The notes under the pieces: model-generated
Databases searched by the model: none
Seen by the model: the letters and a program-made list of their open reading frames with translations, nothing else
What the model was told of the DNA's origin: nothing
From: Octopus sinensis
Taxonomy: Eukaryota
Assembly: GCF_006345805.1 (NCBI RefSeq)
Contig: NC_043001.1
Coordinates: 111,786,001-111,850,000 of the forward strand
Direction of reading: 5' to 3'
DNA length: 64,000 nt
Translations under genes and position numbers: made by a program
Part shown: positions 39,789 to 52,500 of the stretch, piece by piece
Layout: each line of letters opens with the position of its first letter
Numbering within the stretch: the first letter of the stretch is position 1

Positions 39789-40355
39789 TTGGATTGTACG
39801 GAAAGTTCGTTCCGATTTTTAAAGGAAAGAAAAAGGTCAATAAATACTTGCAAATTACATTTTTAATCAACCAAATATGAACCATTTTGTTGCACAATGC
39901 GTCTCCATCTTTCCTTTAAATTGAAAATACCCTCTTCTCAGAATTGAGGTGGATTCATGGCAAAGAATTCATCAAGGTATCTTCTTACGTCATTCAAGGA
40001 ATTGAAATTTTTACCATTAAGACTATTCTGCAGAGACCTGAATAAGTGGAAATCCGAAGGAGCAATATCTGGTGAATATAGAGGGTGTGGTAACACATCC
40101 CAGCCGAGCTGCAGCAATTTTTGTCTGGTTCCCAAAGCATCAAGTGCCGAAAATGAACTTTCTTTTCTTCCATTTTAAAGGGTTACAGAATTAACACAGG
40201 TTATGGGAACATAAACCTTCTTCCACGAAAAGATAGCTTAAACTGTGTTCTAAATGAATGTGTAGTCAAATCCTATTTTATGGACTCAACCATGTTCTAA
40301 AATAAGTCGAAAGGTAAGATACTATAAATCGGCACGAACTTTCCGGACAACCCAA
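39789..40355 (-). mobile_element. Non-autonomous mariner derivative, same subfamily and same deletion as 107-672, 567 bp
   Basis: TIRs at both ends and TA TSDs (39787-39788, 40356-40357). Minus strand has MEEKKVHFRHLMLWE joined to GTRQKLLQLGWDVLPHPLYSPDIAPSDFHLF. Confidence 0.95.
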
Positions 40356-40549
40356 TATATATAAATTAATCGCAGCGGCATCCAGGAGTGCAACAACAAG
40401 AAATCCAGAGAAGTATCCAACCTCTACTACAAACCCAAGGCGAAAAGCATCCTTGCTGCTGGTCACTGAGTAGCAATAACAATAACAACAACAAACATGA
40501 TGTACTGATCCTTAAAAAACTCAACGATGCTGCTGCCTTATCAACGACA

Positions 40550-41035
40550 TTCCTCCTTAATACCCAAGGTAACAACCCAGCCATCAAGACTCCAAAATGT
40601 AAAATACCCTACATTGAAGGATGGATTTCAGCGCACTCATAACGAATCCCTTTCTTTGTCCTAACTGAGACCCACCTAAACGACTTTCATTTAGAGGCTG
40701 AAGTGGAAATCAGAGACTTCATTGCCATCCGTGCTGATCGGGCAGGCTGAAGAAATGGTGGAGTTGCTGTTTTTTTACACAATTCTTTCAACGCAGATGC
40801 CAAGGGCCCTTTCTCCAACGGGCTACTGCGAATCAATCTCTGTACACAACAAAGGTAAAGACCTGTCTGCCACCGGGCTCTACAGAACCCCACAAACACC
40901 CTTACACTATTTCCAAGAGTGGCTTGAGAAAATCAAATCTTTCCTCCTGGAATCTAACCCAGGAAATATTCTGATGATGGGCGACTTGAACCTACCCTCT
41001 GTAGACTGGTCCACTAATATTGTTAGACCAGGAAC
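40550..41035 (+). mobile_element. Decayed CR1/L2-group LINE AP-endonuclease fragment
   Basis: FFVLTETHL, IRADRAG*RNGGVAVF, GLYRTP and ILMMGDLNLPSVDW motifs. Confidence 0.82.
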
Positions 41036-41214
41036 CTATAAATATACATTTATGGTGTGTGTATGTGTTTGTGTGTGTGTTTGTGTATATATATACTTAT
41101 ATACATACATATATATATACATACATGTATGCATGCATAAATGTATGTACAACTGTCGAAGGAATTTATACAGATATATACGCATATAACTGTCTATGTT
41201 TATACATATACATG

Positions 41215-41265
<51 letters not shown>

Positions 41266-41590
41266 GTGTAAATATATTAGATTATTTTATTTTATTTATT
41301 AGGGAATAAAAATCCGGCATCACATGGGTTCAAATTATTCTCAATGAGGAAATATATTTGTTATTTAGAGATAGTAGTCCCCATCATCACACCATATAAA
41401 AGAATTTTAATTTAATACATACTACTCATTTCTAAATCTCCGCTACACGTGTTTCGTGAGGTTCTTTCACGGTTACTTAAGCACGCAGTGTTTTACAGGG
41501 ACATTTCTTAAAATGTAACCCCAATCATCAGGCCTCTAAATAACTTTATCATAGTTCGATACCAATTCACCCATATTATATATACATATG

Positions 41591-41977
41591 TGTGGAGGCG
41601 CAATGGCCCAGTGGTTAGGGCAGCGGACTCGCGGTCATAGGATCGCGGTTTCGATTCCCAGACCGGGCGTTGTGAGTGTTTATTGGGCAAAAACACTTAA
41701 AAGTTCCACGAGGCTCCGGCAGGGGATGGTGGTGATCCCTGCTGTACTCTTTTACCACAACTTTCTCTCACTCTTACTTCCTGTTTCTGTTGTACCTGTA
41801 TTTCAAGGGGCCGGCCTTATCACTCTCTCTGTCACGCTGAATATCCCCGAGAACTACGTTAAGGGTGCACGTGTCTGTGGAGTGCTCAGCCACTTACACG
41901 TTAATTTCACGAGCAGGCTGTTCCGTTGATTCGGATCAACCGGAACCCTCATTGTCGTAACCGACGGAGTGCTTCCA
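41591..41977 (+). mobile_element. SINE with head D + tail X, full length
   Basis: tRNA-like head GGCGCAATGGCCCAGTGGTTAGGGCAGCGGACTCGCGG..GGTTTCGATTCCC; tail shared with 11238-11560. Confidence 0.92.
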
Positions 41978-44249
41978 TATACATATGTCCATGTGGGTGC
42001 GTATGGTTCAAAAAGAAATGAAAAACTCCACAGAGACGAGGTGAAAAGGGAATGAACAGAAGGTATCAGGTTTACTGGCGGGAAAAATGGAAGAAGACTT
42101 CAACGATTCGAACCTACGCTCTACAGTACAAAGAATAGAAGCAGAGGCGAAGAGATGGGGAGAAAAAACATGTATCTGAATTAAACAGCCAAATATTTAT
42201 AAATATACATACATATATGGATGTGTGTGTGCTTGTGTATATATATACTTATATACATACATATTTATATATATATACACACATGTATGCATGCATAAAT
42301 GTATGTACAAGTGTGGAGGTGTATATACAGATATATACGCAATGTTTATGTTTGTACATATACATACAACGTATTTACAATATTTACTATATATCATGTG
42401 CGTGTGGGTGTGCGCGAATGTGCGCGTGTACACAGAGAACGAGAGACAGAATAACAAGGAGAGGGGATGAGGGAGAGAAAAGAAGAGTAAGATAGATAGA
42501 TAGATTAGAGAAAGAGAGAGTGAGAGAGAGAAAGAGAGAGAGAGAGTTCAATAAAGTAGGTTGTTACCTCGCATAATAATGAATCACCAGTATTTTATTA
42601 GATTTTATTGACTATCTGCATTTAATTCTCATGTTGGTGGTTGTTCAGCGATATAATGATAACTAATAGAATACTGTCATTTCTCTTGAAGGGTTTTTAG
42701 TTAGACGTGTAGCAATTATGTTTGGAGTTCTCGCATTTCCTTATCAGAAAACTGGAATAATTACCGTCGAAGTGGTCATTGTTAGAAACCAAATGTCAAC
42801 GTTTTCCGTTGCACATTTTATCTTTCCTAGCATCGAATAAAAACAACTTGATTACATATATATAATGTGCTGCCCTATCATCTCAGGCCTACATCACGAA
42901 TATAGATACAATTTACAACGTTTGTTACATAATCTTAGACGTTACAGAATGTGGTTGGATATTTATGTCTGTCGGCTCACAAGAACCAATTTTTTTTTCC
43001 GGTGTGATAACCAATGTAACAAAGTCTTTCTTTCCTGAAAAGGGAATAATTAGGCCTGCAAAACTGGAGATTTGGATTTGTATAATATGCGACATTAAAT
43101 ATATTGATATGAACGATTCCTAATAGCGTGATTTCTGTTTATTATGTCCTCCAATCTTACAGACATTATTCAATTAAAAGTAACAACCGGAAAATTGAAA
43201 ACTAATATCGCATCACCATTCCTTCTACATCAACATGAGACTATTTAGTCTCAAACAAATTGGCATCGTATGTTAGCCTAAGGAAGCCTAAGCTGACTTT
43301 TATTGCAGTGTTATTAAATATTCTACTTTTTCCGAACAACAAATTGAAAACAGACAACTCGCTCTAGGCTGTTGTTAAACGTAAGATACATAAGTTATCA
43401 GATGAACACGAGCATGTCCACAATAATCCCACTTTATTTACTGATATACTTGTTATATTTACACTGAAGCAATATGTTTCTATTTTACTTTTCTTTTGAT
43501 TTAATTCACAAAAACTGACGAACGCAAGAAACCCCTAAATAACTTTCCTTTCTTAATTTCCATCAATATCTTCTCCTCTCAAAACATTCGGTTTATCATC
43601 GAACGTTAAATGCATTTATACCTTAATGGCGGCAAACAATAGATAATATTAAGCTCTACTTAAACGTCTATTTATTTTCTATTATGTTGTATCTTATCTC
43701 TCGGTTCAGGATCACATTACATTTTCTAGTTTATTAGTTGATATTATAAGAAAAAGAAAATATACACATAAAGAGAAAACAACGAATTCTTATTCAATTT
43801 TTTGCATTACTTTTGAAGAAAAGTATGAAAAGAGAGAAAGGAAGCGAAATAAAAAAAAAAACATAGTAAGAAAAAAGAGAAGTATTTTCAGAAAGCAAGG
43901 TTCGAAACAATTTTTGTTGATTTATTTTCAAACAATCTTACCAAATATTTTTTTGTTATTCGTGTCAAATATTCCCAGTTAGATATTACACACACAAAAA
44001 AAACAACACCTGGCTCATAAACTGGGGGTAAATTTGGCTGCTGTCTGTCTGTCGCTGGTCGAAATACCATATAGAGGTTCCTTTATTGGTTTGATAAGTG
44101 TTTGCTTTATGCTGCTCTGTTAAGAAATCTCTAACGTTTCCCTTCCTGGGATTTTATAGCAAACTTCCAAGTTTAGCCCAAATTGATCAGTTAAATTTTA
44201 GGAAGATGAAAAAGCGACGTGTGTATTCAATTTCTAATTCTGCACAAAC

Positions 44250-44760
44250 GTACAAAATTACAGAATGAGGAGCTAGAAGTCTACTCCCTGGAGCGAAGAC
44301 TGCAGAGATACGCAGTGATATACGTATTAAAGATCTTGAATGGGTTGACACCAAGCTTTGGCATCGAGAGTTATACCAGATCCTGAACTGGACATTCACT
44401 GCGCTGTTCCAAATGCTCCGGCAACCCATGTAGAGTAAGACCTATGTACTGAAATAATTTGAGGTTCAAGGGCCCAAGGCTACTTTGTACCTTGTCAAAT
44501 CATGTGGGAGGTCTACACAGAGTAGCAGTAGAGATTTTCAAGAATCAACTTGACCTCCCACTGTCCAAGGTCCCAGATACTGTCCAAGGTGCCTACATCA
44601 CGACAAAAGAAGCAAAAAGGGCAGCAATATCAAATTTAATCCTTCATCAAATGCCAATCACAAAATAATGACCATTGAAAAGGTGAAAGCACTGGCGATG
44701 CAACAGCATGAACACAACCCTTAGCCTAAATGGAATAAAAGCATAAAGGAATAAGAAAAA
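44250..44760 (+). mobile_element. Older CR1-group LINE 3' fragment
   Basis: Colinear with ~23700-24170 (tactccc.ggagcgaag..ttcaagggccca..gtcccagat..tcaaat). Confidence 0.75.
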
Positions 44761-44881
44761 TATATTTAAGTTAATGAGCCTTTATACGCGTATCACTGGG
44801 TTATCTGATGACTGGGTGACGGAATACCTGGCCAAAATATTCAGCTGCAATTTTCAAGCATCGAAAACATAACATGATGGC

Positions 44882-45286
44882 TATTCTTTTATTCTTTAGT
44901 TGTTTCAGTCATTTTGACTGTGGCCATGCTGGAGCACCGCCTTTAGTCGAGGAAATCAATCCCAGGACTTATTCTTTGTAAGCCTAGTACCTATTCTATC
45001 GATTTCTTTTGCCGAGCCGCTAAGTTACGGGGACGTAAACACATCAGCATCGGTTGTCAAGCGATGTTGGGGGGGGGGGGACAAACGCAGACACACACAC
45101 ACGCACGTATATTTATTTATATATACGACGGGCTTCTTTCAGTTTCCGTTTACCAAATCCACTCACAAGGCTTTGGTCGGCCTGAGGCTACAGTAGAAGA
45201 CGCTTGCACAAGGTGCCACGCAGTGGGACTGAACCCATAACCATGTAGTTGGTAAGCAAGCTACTTACCACACAGTCACTCCTACG
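44882..45286 (-). mobile_element. SINE-A, full length
   Basis: Both halves match the other copies. Confidence 0.94.
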
Positions 45287-46541
45287 TGAAATATCCCCGC
45301 TTCCGTAGCTTCTGCAGTGTTGAGACTTGGAAAGTGTAGAATAGTAATAACAATCTCGATTCTCTGGTCACTAAATCAAATTCCTCTTCCGGTGAATCGC
45401 TACTGTATCTAGAAGGTGCGCTTAGCTCTAGACATACAGTCGTATGACATCGGCAATAAAACAGTAATTTTAGCACAAAATGTGGTAATACACGATAACA
45501 TGAGGACAAGAACTGTTCACTCATATTGCACGTGTCTGGAAATGTGTCCATGAAATTCACACGAAGGAATATACGTTACGCTATGGCAACAATGTGAAAC
45601 CTTAATTTATTATAACTGGTGAAGAGAACGGTTGTTTGCTTTACAAGAGACGAAGAAGCAGTGAAGATGTCTCTGTGTAGTCATACCAGCTGCTATAGTT
45701 ACCAGTCCTCTGTTTCTCATATCACACTCTTTTGTCATAAAAAGGTGGTATACATCGTATAATGCAATTATGGATACAATTCTCTTTTAATATAACGAAC
45801 AATTATGAACGAGGTATGTTACAGGATCAGTAAAGATTGGGGCTAAACAAAAACAATATCAACGACAACAACAAAAACAGCATGAAATGAAAGCAAATTT
45901 GAACTAAAATAAACATTGCTTTCAATAAAATTGGAAGTGAAAAGTGTACTGCTGTGGAAGTTCCTTATACAGAAAACACAAAACCTTGTAGCAAAATTAA
46001 ATTAGAACGTGAACTTCATTTAGTCACGATTGATTAACGTCCAATTTTGTAATAAATGCTTTTTTAAGACATAAAATTATTTCTTGCTCATTGTTCTAAT
46101 TGCAGAAACAACCAAGGACCCGTTGCATTTATTTATATTGACAAGATGGACATAATTGCAGTTTTTTTTAAAAGGTTAAAGAATTCTTTGAATACGATCG
46201 CATATTATATTTCTAGGTTGCTAGATTGGTATAATCTTGAGAGCAGCAGATAAAATGCCTTGCAGTATTAAATTGCGGCATATGACAATATGAGTTAATG
46301 GTTGCTATACGTTCTTTTGACTTGCACGTGTTAGTAACGATTTGAGTACTGATGGTGACACAAGTGGCTGCTTTTTCCTGGTAAAAGAAGTATTTAATGG
46401 ACGACCCAGATCCCTGAAAAGTCAAGTATTTTATAGCATACTGTTCACCAGTACTAGTGTTAATAATATTACTAATAATAATAATGATTTCATTTATTTG
46501 CCTCAAGGGCGAAGGATGAGCGGTACAATACAAAGAGAGAC

Positions 46542-46558
46542 ATAATAATAATAATATA

Positions 46559-46602
<44 letters not shown>

Positions 46603-46621
46603 TAATAATAATAATAATAAT

Positions 46622-46657
<36 letters not shown>

Positions 46658-46683
46658 GCACGAATAATAATAATAATAATAAT

Positions 46684-46714
<31 letters not shown>

Positions 46715-46743
46715 TAATAATAATAATAATAATAATAATAAAT
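46542..46743. repeat. (AAT)n microsatellite, about 200 bp
   Basis: Direct inspection. Confidence 0.95.
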
Positions 46744-47298
46744 GCCCTGATGCAGTACCAGGCAGTGGCTCTCATGGCTTCTGATCTTAACTGATTGGAA
46801 GTGTCATCACGTACATTGTTTTGTCTTGGTATAAAAGATGGGCTACAGCAAATATTCTGCTCAATACCACAGATTTGCTTGTCAGTTGTTTGACCATAAC
46901 CAGTTGAGCATGTCCCTTAGTGGCTGACGATATGTGCATCTCTGATCACGAGCAGAAGTAGTGGGGGAGCATCATAGCCATGTGTTGAGAGGGATTCTTT
47001 GGGGTTTGAATAGTTCACCTCTGGAAACATGGGTGGTTCTTTCAACATCCTTAAACAGGGACCTTATTCAGGGACCGTTTGAGCGGGATGGGCTACTCAA
47101 CTGAAGAAAATTCTAACTGGGCCCCACCTGCAAGGTCATGTGCTGTTTATCTTGATATGAGATCACCATGTCGCGCACATATGGTTGTGATGCATGTGCC
47201 TGGTGTACCTTTATCAGACGGGTAGTCATGATGGGTATATTGGGCTTCGTATATTTTACCCCAGTGTCACTTTGATGGCATGAACTTCTCTCCCACTC
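46744..47298. mobile_element. 555-bp non-coding element embedded in (AAT)n, unclassified
   Basis: Sharp edges with (AAT)n on both sides, higher GC, no ORF and no TIR seen. Confidence 0.5.
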
Positions 47299-47331
<33 letters not shown>

Positions 47332-47344
47332 CCTTTCTACTATA

Positions 47345-49923
47345 GTCGGACGGCTAATATAAAATCCATATTAAACCCATACAAAGCAGGGCTCACCGAC
47401 AAAGAATATGATTATATGACCAATTTCACAAGTAAAACTAGCCAATTCTACGGTATACCTAAGATCCACAAAAGTGAAAAAATAAGCAACGCATGCAAGA
47501 TAGCTACAGACAAAATAATTAAAGTCCCTAATCCTAATGACCTTAAATTGAGACCATAATAGCAGGTCCCGCATGCGAAACCCACCGCCTCAGTAACTTT
47601 TTAGACACCCTGTTTTAAAACCACTCCTCAAAAATGTCAAAAGCTATATAAGGGACGACTTAGATATGCTCAATCACCTACCGATACTATAAACAAAAAC
47701 ACCATACTGGTATCCTTCGATGTAGTCAACCTCTACTCCAATATCCCCCACAACCTAGGACTAGAGGCAATCCAATTCTGGCTAGAGAATCATGCCAACG
47801 AACTACCACACCGCATCAAAAAAGAATTTGTGATAGAAGGGGTTAAATTCATCCTGGAAAATAACTTCTTCGCCTTCAATGACACTTCTACCGACAAAAA
47901 TCGGGGACTGCGATGGGTACACGAATGGCCCCCTCCTTTGCCAACCTAGTCATAGGATACCTAGAGATCAGTCTGTATCGTAAGGTTCTAGAAAGATATG
48001 GCAGCCCTTTCTCCATCTACAGAAAACAACTGGAAGAGATATCTAGATGACTGTTTCATCCTTTGGCATAAAAATATAGAAAAACTCATAGAATTCCAGA
48101 AAATTTTAAACGGACTGGACGTAAACATCCAATTCACGATGGAATATAGCCAACAACAACTCCCCTTCCTCGATATCCTCATAAGAAAGCTAATAATATA
48201 ATAGAAACAGACATATACTATAAGCCTACAGACTCTAAGCAATATCTTCCATTCAATTCATGCCACCCCAGACAACACAGGATGAATATCCCCTTCAATC
48301 TAGCAAAAAGGATATGCACTATAGTCTCTAACGCAAACACCAGAGAACACACGACTACAAGAACTAAAAGATACCCTAATCACCAGGAACTATCCACCTT
48401 CACTTATTGACAAGTGCATTCAACGTGCCCTTCAACTTAACATCAAGGAACTGAGACATCCAAATCAAAGAAAAACTTACAACAAAAGCCTTACCATACA
48501 TCTCCACACACAACCCTCTCAATAACGAAGCCTTCGACACCATCCTCCACAACATACCCCTCCTAAAAAAAGACCACAGAATGAACACAATCCTCCAAAC
48601 ACACACGATCATAAAAAGCAAAAGACAGCCTAGATCCATGAAAAGTCTCCTTACACAGCCCGAATTCACTCCTCAACACAGAAGCCGACAGTAAAAAAAT
48701 GTGGAAGATCCAATTGCGGGATATGCGACTATCTAATTGAGGGATCAGAGTTCTCCTTCAAACAGGGACAACGGTTTACAGTGAAAAGCAACTTCACATG
48801 TGCTTCGGAGAACCTAATATACTCACTAACTGCTCGGGTGTCAAGAGCAGTACATAGGTCAAACAAAAAATGGTTTGCGTAAACGAATGGCCCTGCACAG
48901 ATCCCAGATAAAAATTCCCCAAAACAGAAAAATAGCTTTTAGCCAACACATAGATACTTGCGCCAACAAAAAAACACCAAACTTCAGAATTTCCCCCTCT
49001 ACCAATTTAGGGACGATACAACCTCGAGACAACGAATAAGTAAAGAAAATATCTTTATTACAAAATACAAGCCACTTCTTAATGGGGTCTACGACAAACA
49101 ATAATATACCTCAACTTTAGAATAAAAGAAAAATATATATACACACACAAATACTACACTCCATAGAATCCATTACTAATCAGCCCCTTCATAGCTATAT
49201 ACATCCACTCATATTCCCCTTCTCTGTTTTTTCTTCTTCTTCTTCTTCCTCTTCTTCTTCATCATCATTATCATCATCATCGTCGTCATCATCATCACCA
49301 CCATCATCACCACCATCTTCTCCTTCTCCTCCTTCTTCTTCTTCTTCTTCTTCTTCTTCTTCATCATCATCATTATCATCATCATCGTCGTCATAATCAT
49401 CACCACCATCACCATCATCGTCATCTTCTCCTTCTCCTTCTTCTTCTTTCTTCTTCTTCTTCTTCTTCTTCTTCTTCTACTTCTCCACCCCTACTCCTTA
49501 ACTTTGTCACTAATGTTTTTTAGTATAACACCTACGCTAATTCTATAAACAAGCCTGTCAATATAAATATTCTCCTGAATTGAACTGAGACTGCCAGCCG
49601 CCACTGACCATTCAAAATACGACCATCAGGGCACTCCCAGATTCTCCCACCCCCTTTCCTCACCAGCCTTCTTCCTCTACTACCCTACCAAGAACTCACA
49701 ACTACCTTGAACACACAAGTGCAAACAAGGGAGTCAGAGAAAGGCAGAATGCCACTTAAATCTGAACACTACTATAGAAATATTCTTTAAGAAAAACTTT
49801 TCTTCTAATTTTCTAAATTTAATTATTTAATCGTTACAGTTGAAAAGGTCTCAAAATGACCGAAACCGGTACTGAAATGTTCACTATAAAATTATTTTAG
49901 CATTTTCTATTTTTGACTTGTTT

Positions 49924-49930
<7 letters not shown>
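47345..49930 (+). mobile_element. PLE-1: 5'-truncated Penelope-like element (RT + GIY-YIG), multiply frameshifted, with 3' terminal region
   Basis: FYGIPKIHK, LVSFDVVNLYSNIP, GTAMGTRMAPSFANL, WKRYLDDCF (YLDD at 48040-48051), LPFLD, YYKPTDS, C-x2-C, NLIY (48811) and QYIGQT (48848) of GIY-YIG; stop at 49102-49104. Confidence 0.93.
49837..49874 (+). ncRNA. Minimal type I hammerhead ribozyme fold (U3:A8 variant) at the PLE-1 3' end
   Basis: CAG-TTGAAAA-GGTC[TCAAAAT]GACC-GAAA-CCGG-TA^CTG: helix I CAG/CTG, helix II 4 bp, palindromic ACCGGT helix III, GUA triplet (cut after 49871). Confidence 0.68.
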
Positions 49931-49959
<29 letters not shown>

Positions 49960-49963
<4 letters not shown>

Positions 49964-50320
49964 GTTACAGAAAAACAGAGAGAATAACAAATCTCGTGGA
50001 TTTAGCGGTCAATCATGGCGGCTGGTTGGGAACAAAAAATATATATCGTTGTATTTCGGGACGGTCATTTATTTTTGACAAATAAACACACACACTATAT
50101 ATTTTTTCTTCACTCGTTTATTACTGTTCTTATATGTGATTCATCGCTAAATCCACAAGTTTTCTTTTTATTCTCATTCCGTTTATTTCTTCGTGTTCCT
50201 TTCTGTTGAAGAGAGTAGATTCGAAACGCAAAATACTTTCTCACTTTCCCTAGCGTCAAACTAATACACCTGCTTGTTGTTTATACACCTGTTTTTGTCC
50301 TTTGTTTTTCTGTAAATTTC
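49960..50320. mobile_element. 361-bp element with inverted termini between (TA)n runs, probably an inverted pair of PLE terminal repeats
   Basis: GAAAGTTACAGAAAAACA (49960) and TGTTTTTCTGTAAATTTC (50303); inner inverted repeat GTGGATTTAGCG (49996) and CGCTAAATCCAC (50145); degenerate hammerhead-like motif at 50199-50234; related copy at 60372-60525. Confidence 0.6.
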
Positions 50321-50852
50321 AACTATATATATATATATATATATGAAGAGGATAGTCCATCTTCTTTTAGCCGCTACATGTAGCTCTCATCTCCTAATAT
50401 TTAAGTTATTTCTGTTTACATATGCAGTAAAATCCATAGCTCGTTATTAGTTATAGTATATACAATCTAAAAGCTAAACATGCCTGATAAATTTACATGA
50501 ATCTGCATATCTAAGAAATATAAATTGATTGATAGTGGACCACGCAGTGCTTTCTGGATAATGTAAAATGTAATTTATACCTTTTAAATAATTATAAATT
50601 TAAGTGAAGTCTAGACAGATGAAGAAACTTTCTTGGATTTATGTAGCGAGTAGCCGCACTGGCTCTTCACAAGGTTAATAGCATTTCGCATAATCGAAGC
50701 ATTAATTCACCGAGAATGCTAACCGTCAAATTCAGTTACAAATTAGTTCGTAGTTTCATATTTATTCATACAATTCGCATACACAGACACGTATACACAC
50801 ACACAGACACACACACACACATATATATACACACACACAGACACAGACACAG

Positions 50853-50883
<31 letters not shown>

Positions 50884-51559
50884 AATATACACTACACACA
50901 TACATGCACACACAAAATCCTACACCACACACTACATGCACTTGCACGTATGTGGGTCAACCTGTGTTCTTGTACATATATATGTATGTGTGTGTGTATG
51001 TGTGTGCGTGTATGTGTGTGTGTGTGCGTGTGTGTGTGTGTGTGTGTAGTGTTTTCACTCGAATTCCAATCTAGCGATTTCGACAGCGCAGTGTTTCGAT
51101 AATATTTTTACAAATTGTTCGAATTGTGATTTAAAAAAAAATATTTTCTTTTTAAGAATTGCTGCGCATAACTCAGTATACTTTCGCCCAAAATAGATTT
51201 TCACTCTAGCAAATAATCAGACCTTTACCCATAAAGACAGTAGTGTTCCGTTGTTGTTATATGCATATAAGGACCTCGTGATGTCACTCCTGCATGTGAT
51301 GCTTCATGTTTGACAGGTCTGGATTTTCAAAATATAATGTTGATCACTGACTCTGCTGACCAGATTATCTCTGGACAATCTCTCCTGCATTTTATGAATA
51401 TTGCATTTCACTATTTGACGGGCAATTCGTATTTTTCAAACTTCAGTTCAAAGTGACATAATGGCATTGTGGCCCTTGTGAGATTTTCACATGAACCGTG
51501 CTGTTGTTCATTCAGTTATGGTTGTCCGTTTGTGACCTCAAGAAAACTCGGTTTTAGTT

Positions 51560-51880
51560 CGTGTTGGAAAATGCTTACTGAAAATGAATTCTCTACAAAG
51601 TTATCTACTCCGGACCTGCAAATTATTTGCTGCATTGAAATAACCAACTCATTACATATGGTACTTGATGAGGCGAGCATCCATACTGAAGCAGAACTTA
51701 TGTTGTTACATGTAAAAAATTCCCAAATGATGTTTAATAACTACCATAGACACTTCTTAGATCTCTCACGTATTGCGATATGTCATCTATATGTGGTTAA
51801 TGTCTCTTATTAATACATCAGGTATTTCATGATGCACGTATCATACACGTGAAACTTGGCGGACAATTTCAAATCTATGT
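51560..51880 (+). mobile_element. Possible ancient hAT-type transposase remnant
   Basis: HMVLDEASIHTEAELMLLHVK resembles the hAT LDESTD..AQL..VR motif. A possible HCIIHRENLA motif near 51833-51865 needs three 1-nt gaps, so support is weak. Confidence 0.3.
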
Positions 51881-52128
51881 TTGATTAAATTCGTTTCTCC
51901 AGTGTTTCAAACGTAATTGAAGCTGTCTCATTCTTCAAGCTGATTTCGGATTCTAGAGGTTCGTTCCTGGGGACACAACTTCCAATATAATGATGGGTTG
52001 ATGTCTAAATTTAGCGTTAAATCACAAGTTGCGTTTTTGAGAAAAGTGAAATAAATTATCAAGGAAGTATGAACGTTTTCTACTTCAAGTATAATTTAAT
52101 TTCTGACAAAATAACAACAATGGATAGA

Positions 52129-52500
52129 TAGGCGCAGGAGTGGCTGTGTGGTAAGTAGCTTGCTTACCAACCACATGGTTCTGGGTTCAGTCCTACCGCG
52201 TGGCACCCTGGGCAAGTGTCTTCTACTATAGCCTCGGGCAGACCAAAGCCTTGTGAGTGGATTTGGTAGACGGAAACTGAAAGAAGCCCGTCGTATATAT
52301 ATATATATATGTATATGTGTGCCAACATCGCTTGACAACCGATGCTGGTGTGTTTACGACCCCGTAACTTAGCGGTTCGGCAAAAGAGACCGATAGAATA
52401 AGTACTATGCTTACAAAGAACAAGTCATGGGGTCGATTTTCTCGACTAAAGACGGTGCTCGAGCATGACTGAAACAAGTAAAAGAGTAAGAGAGTAAAGA
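52129..52500 (+). mobile_element. SINE-A, full length
   Basis: Head TAGGCGCAGGAGTGGCTGTGTGG.., TA core, tail ..TGACTGAAACAAGTAAAAGAGT. Confidence 0.93.

Noticed and set aside
41591-41660. tRNA gene (also heads at 16362, 52129 and 58138)
   Set aside because: A/B boxes are present, but they continue directly into SINE bodies repeated across the window and no complete cloverleaf was seen.
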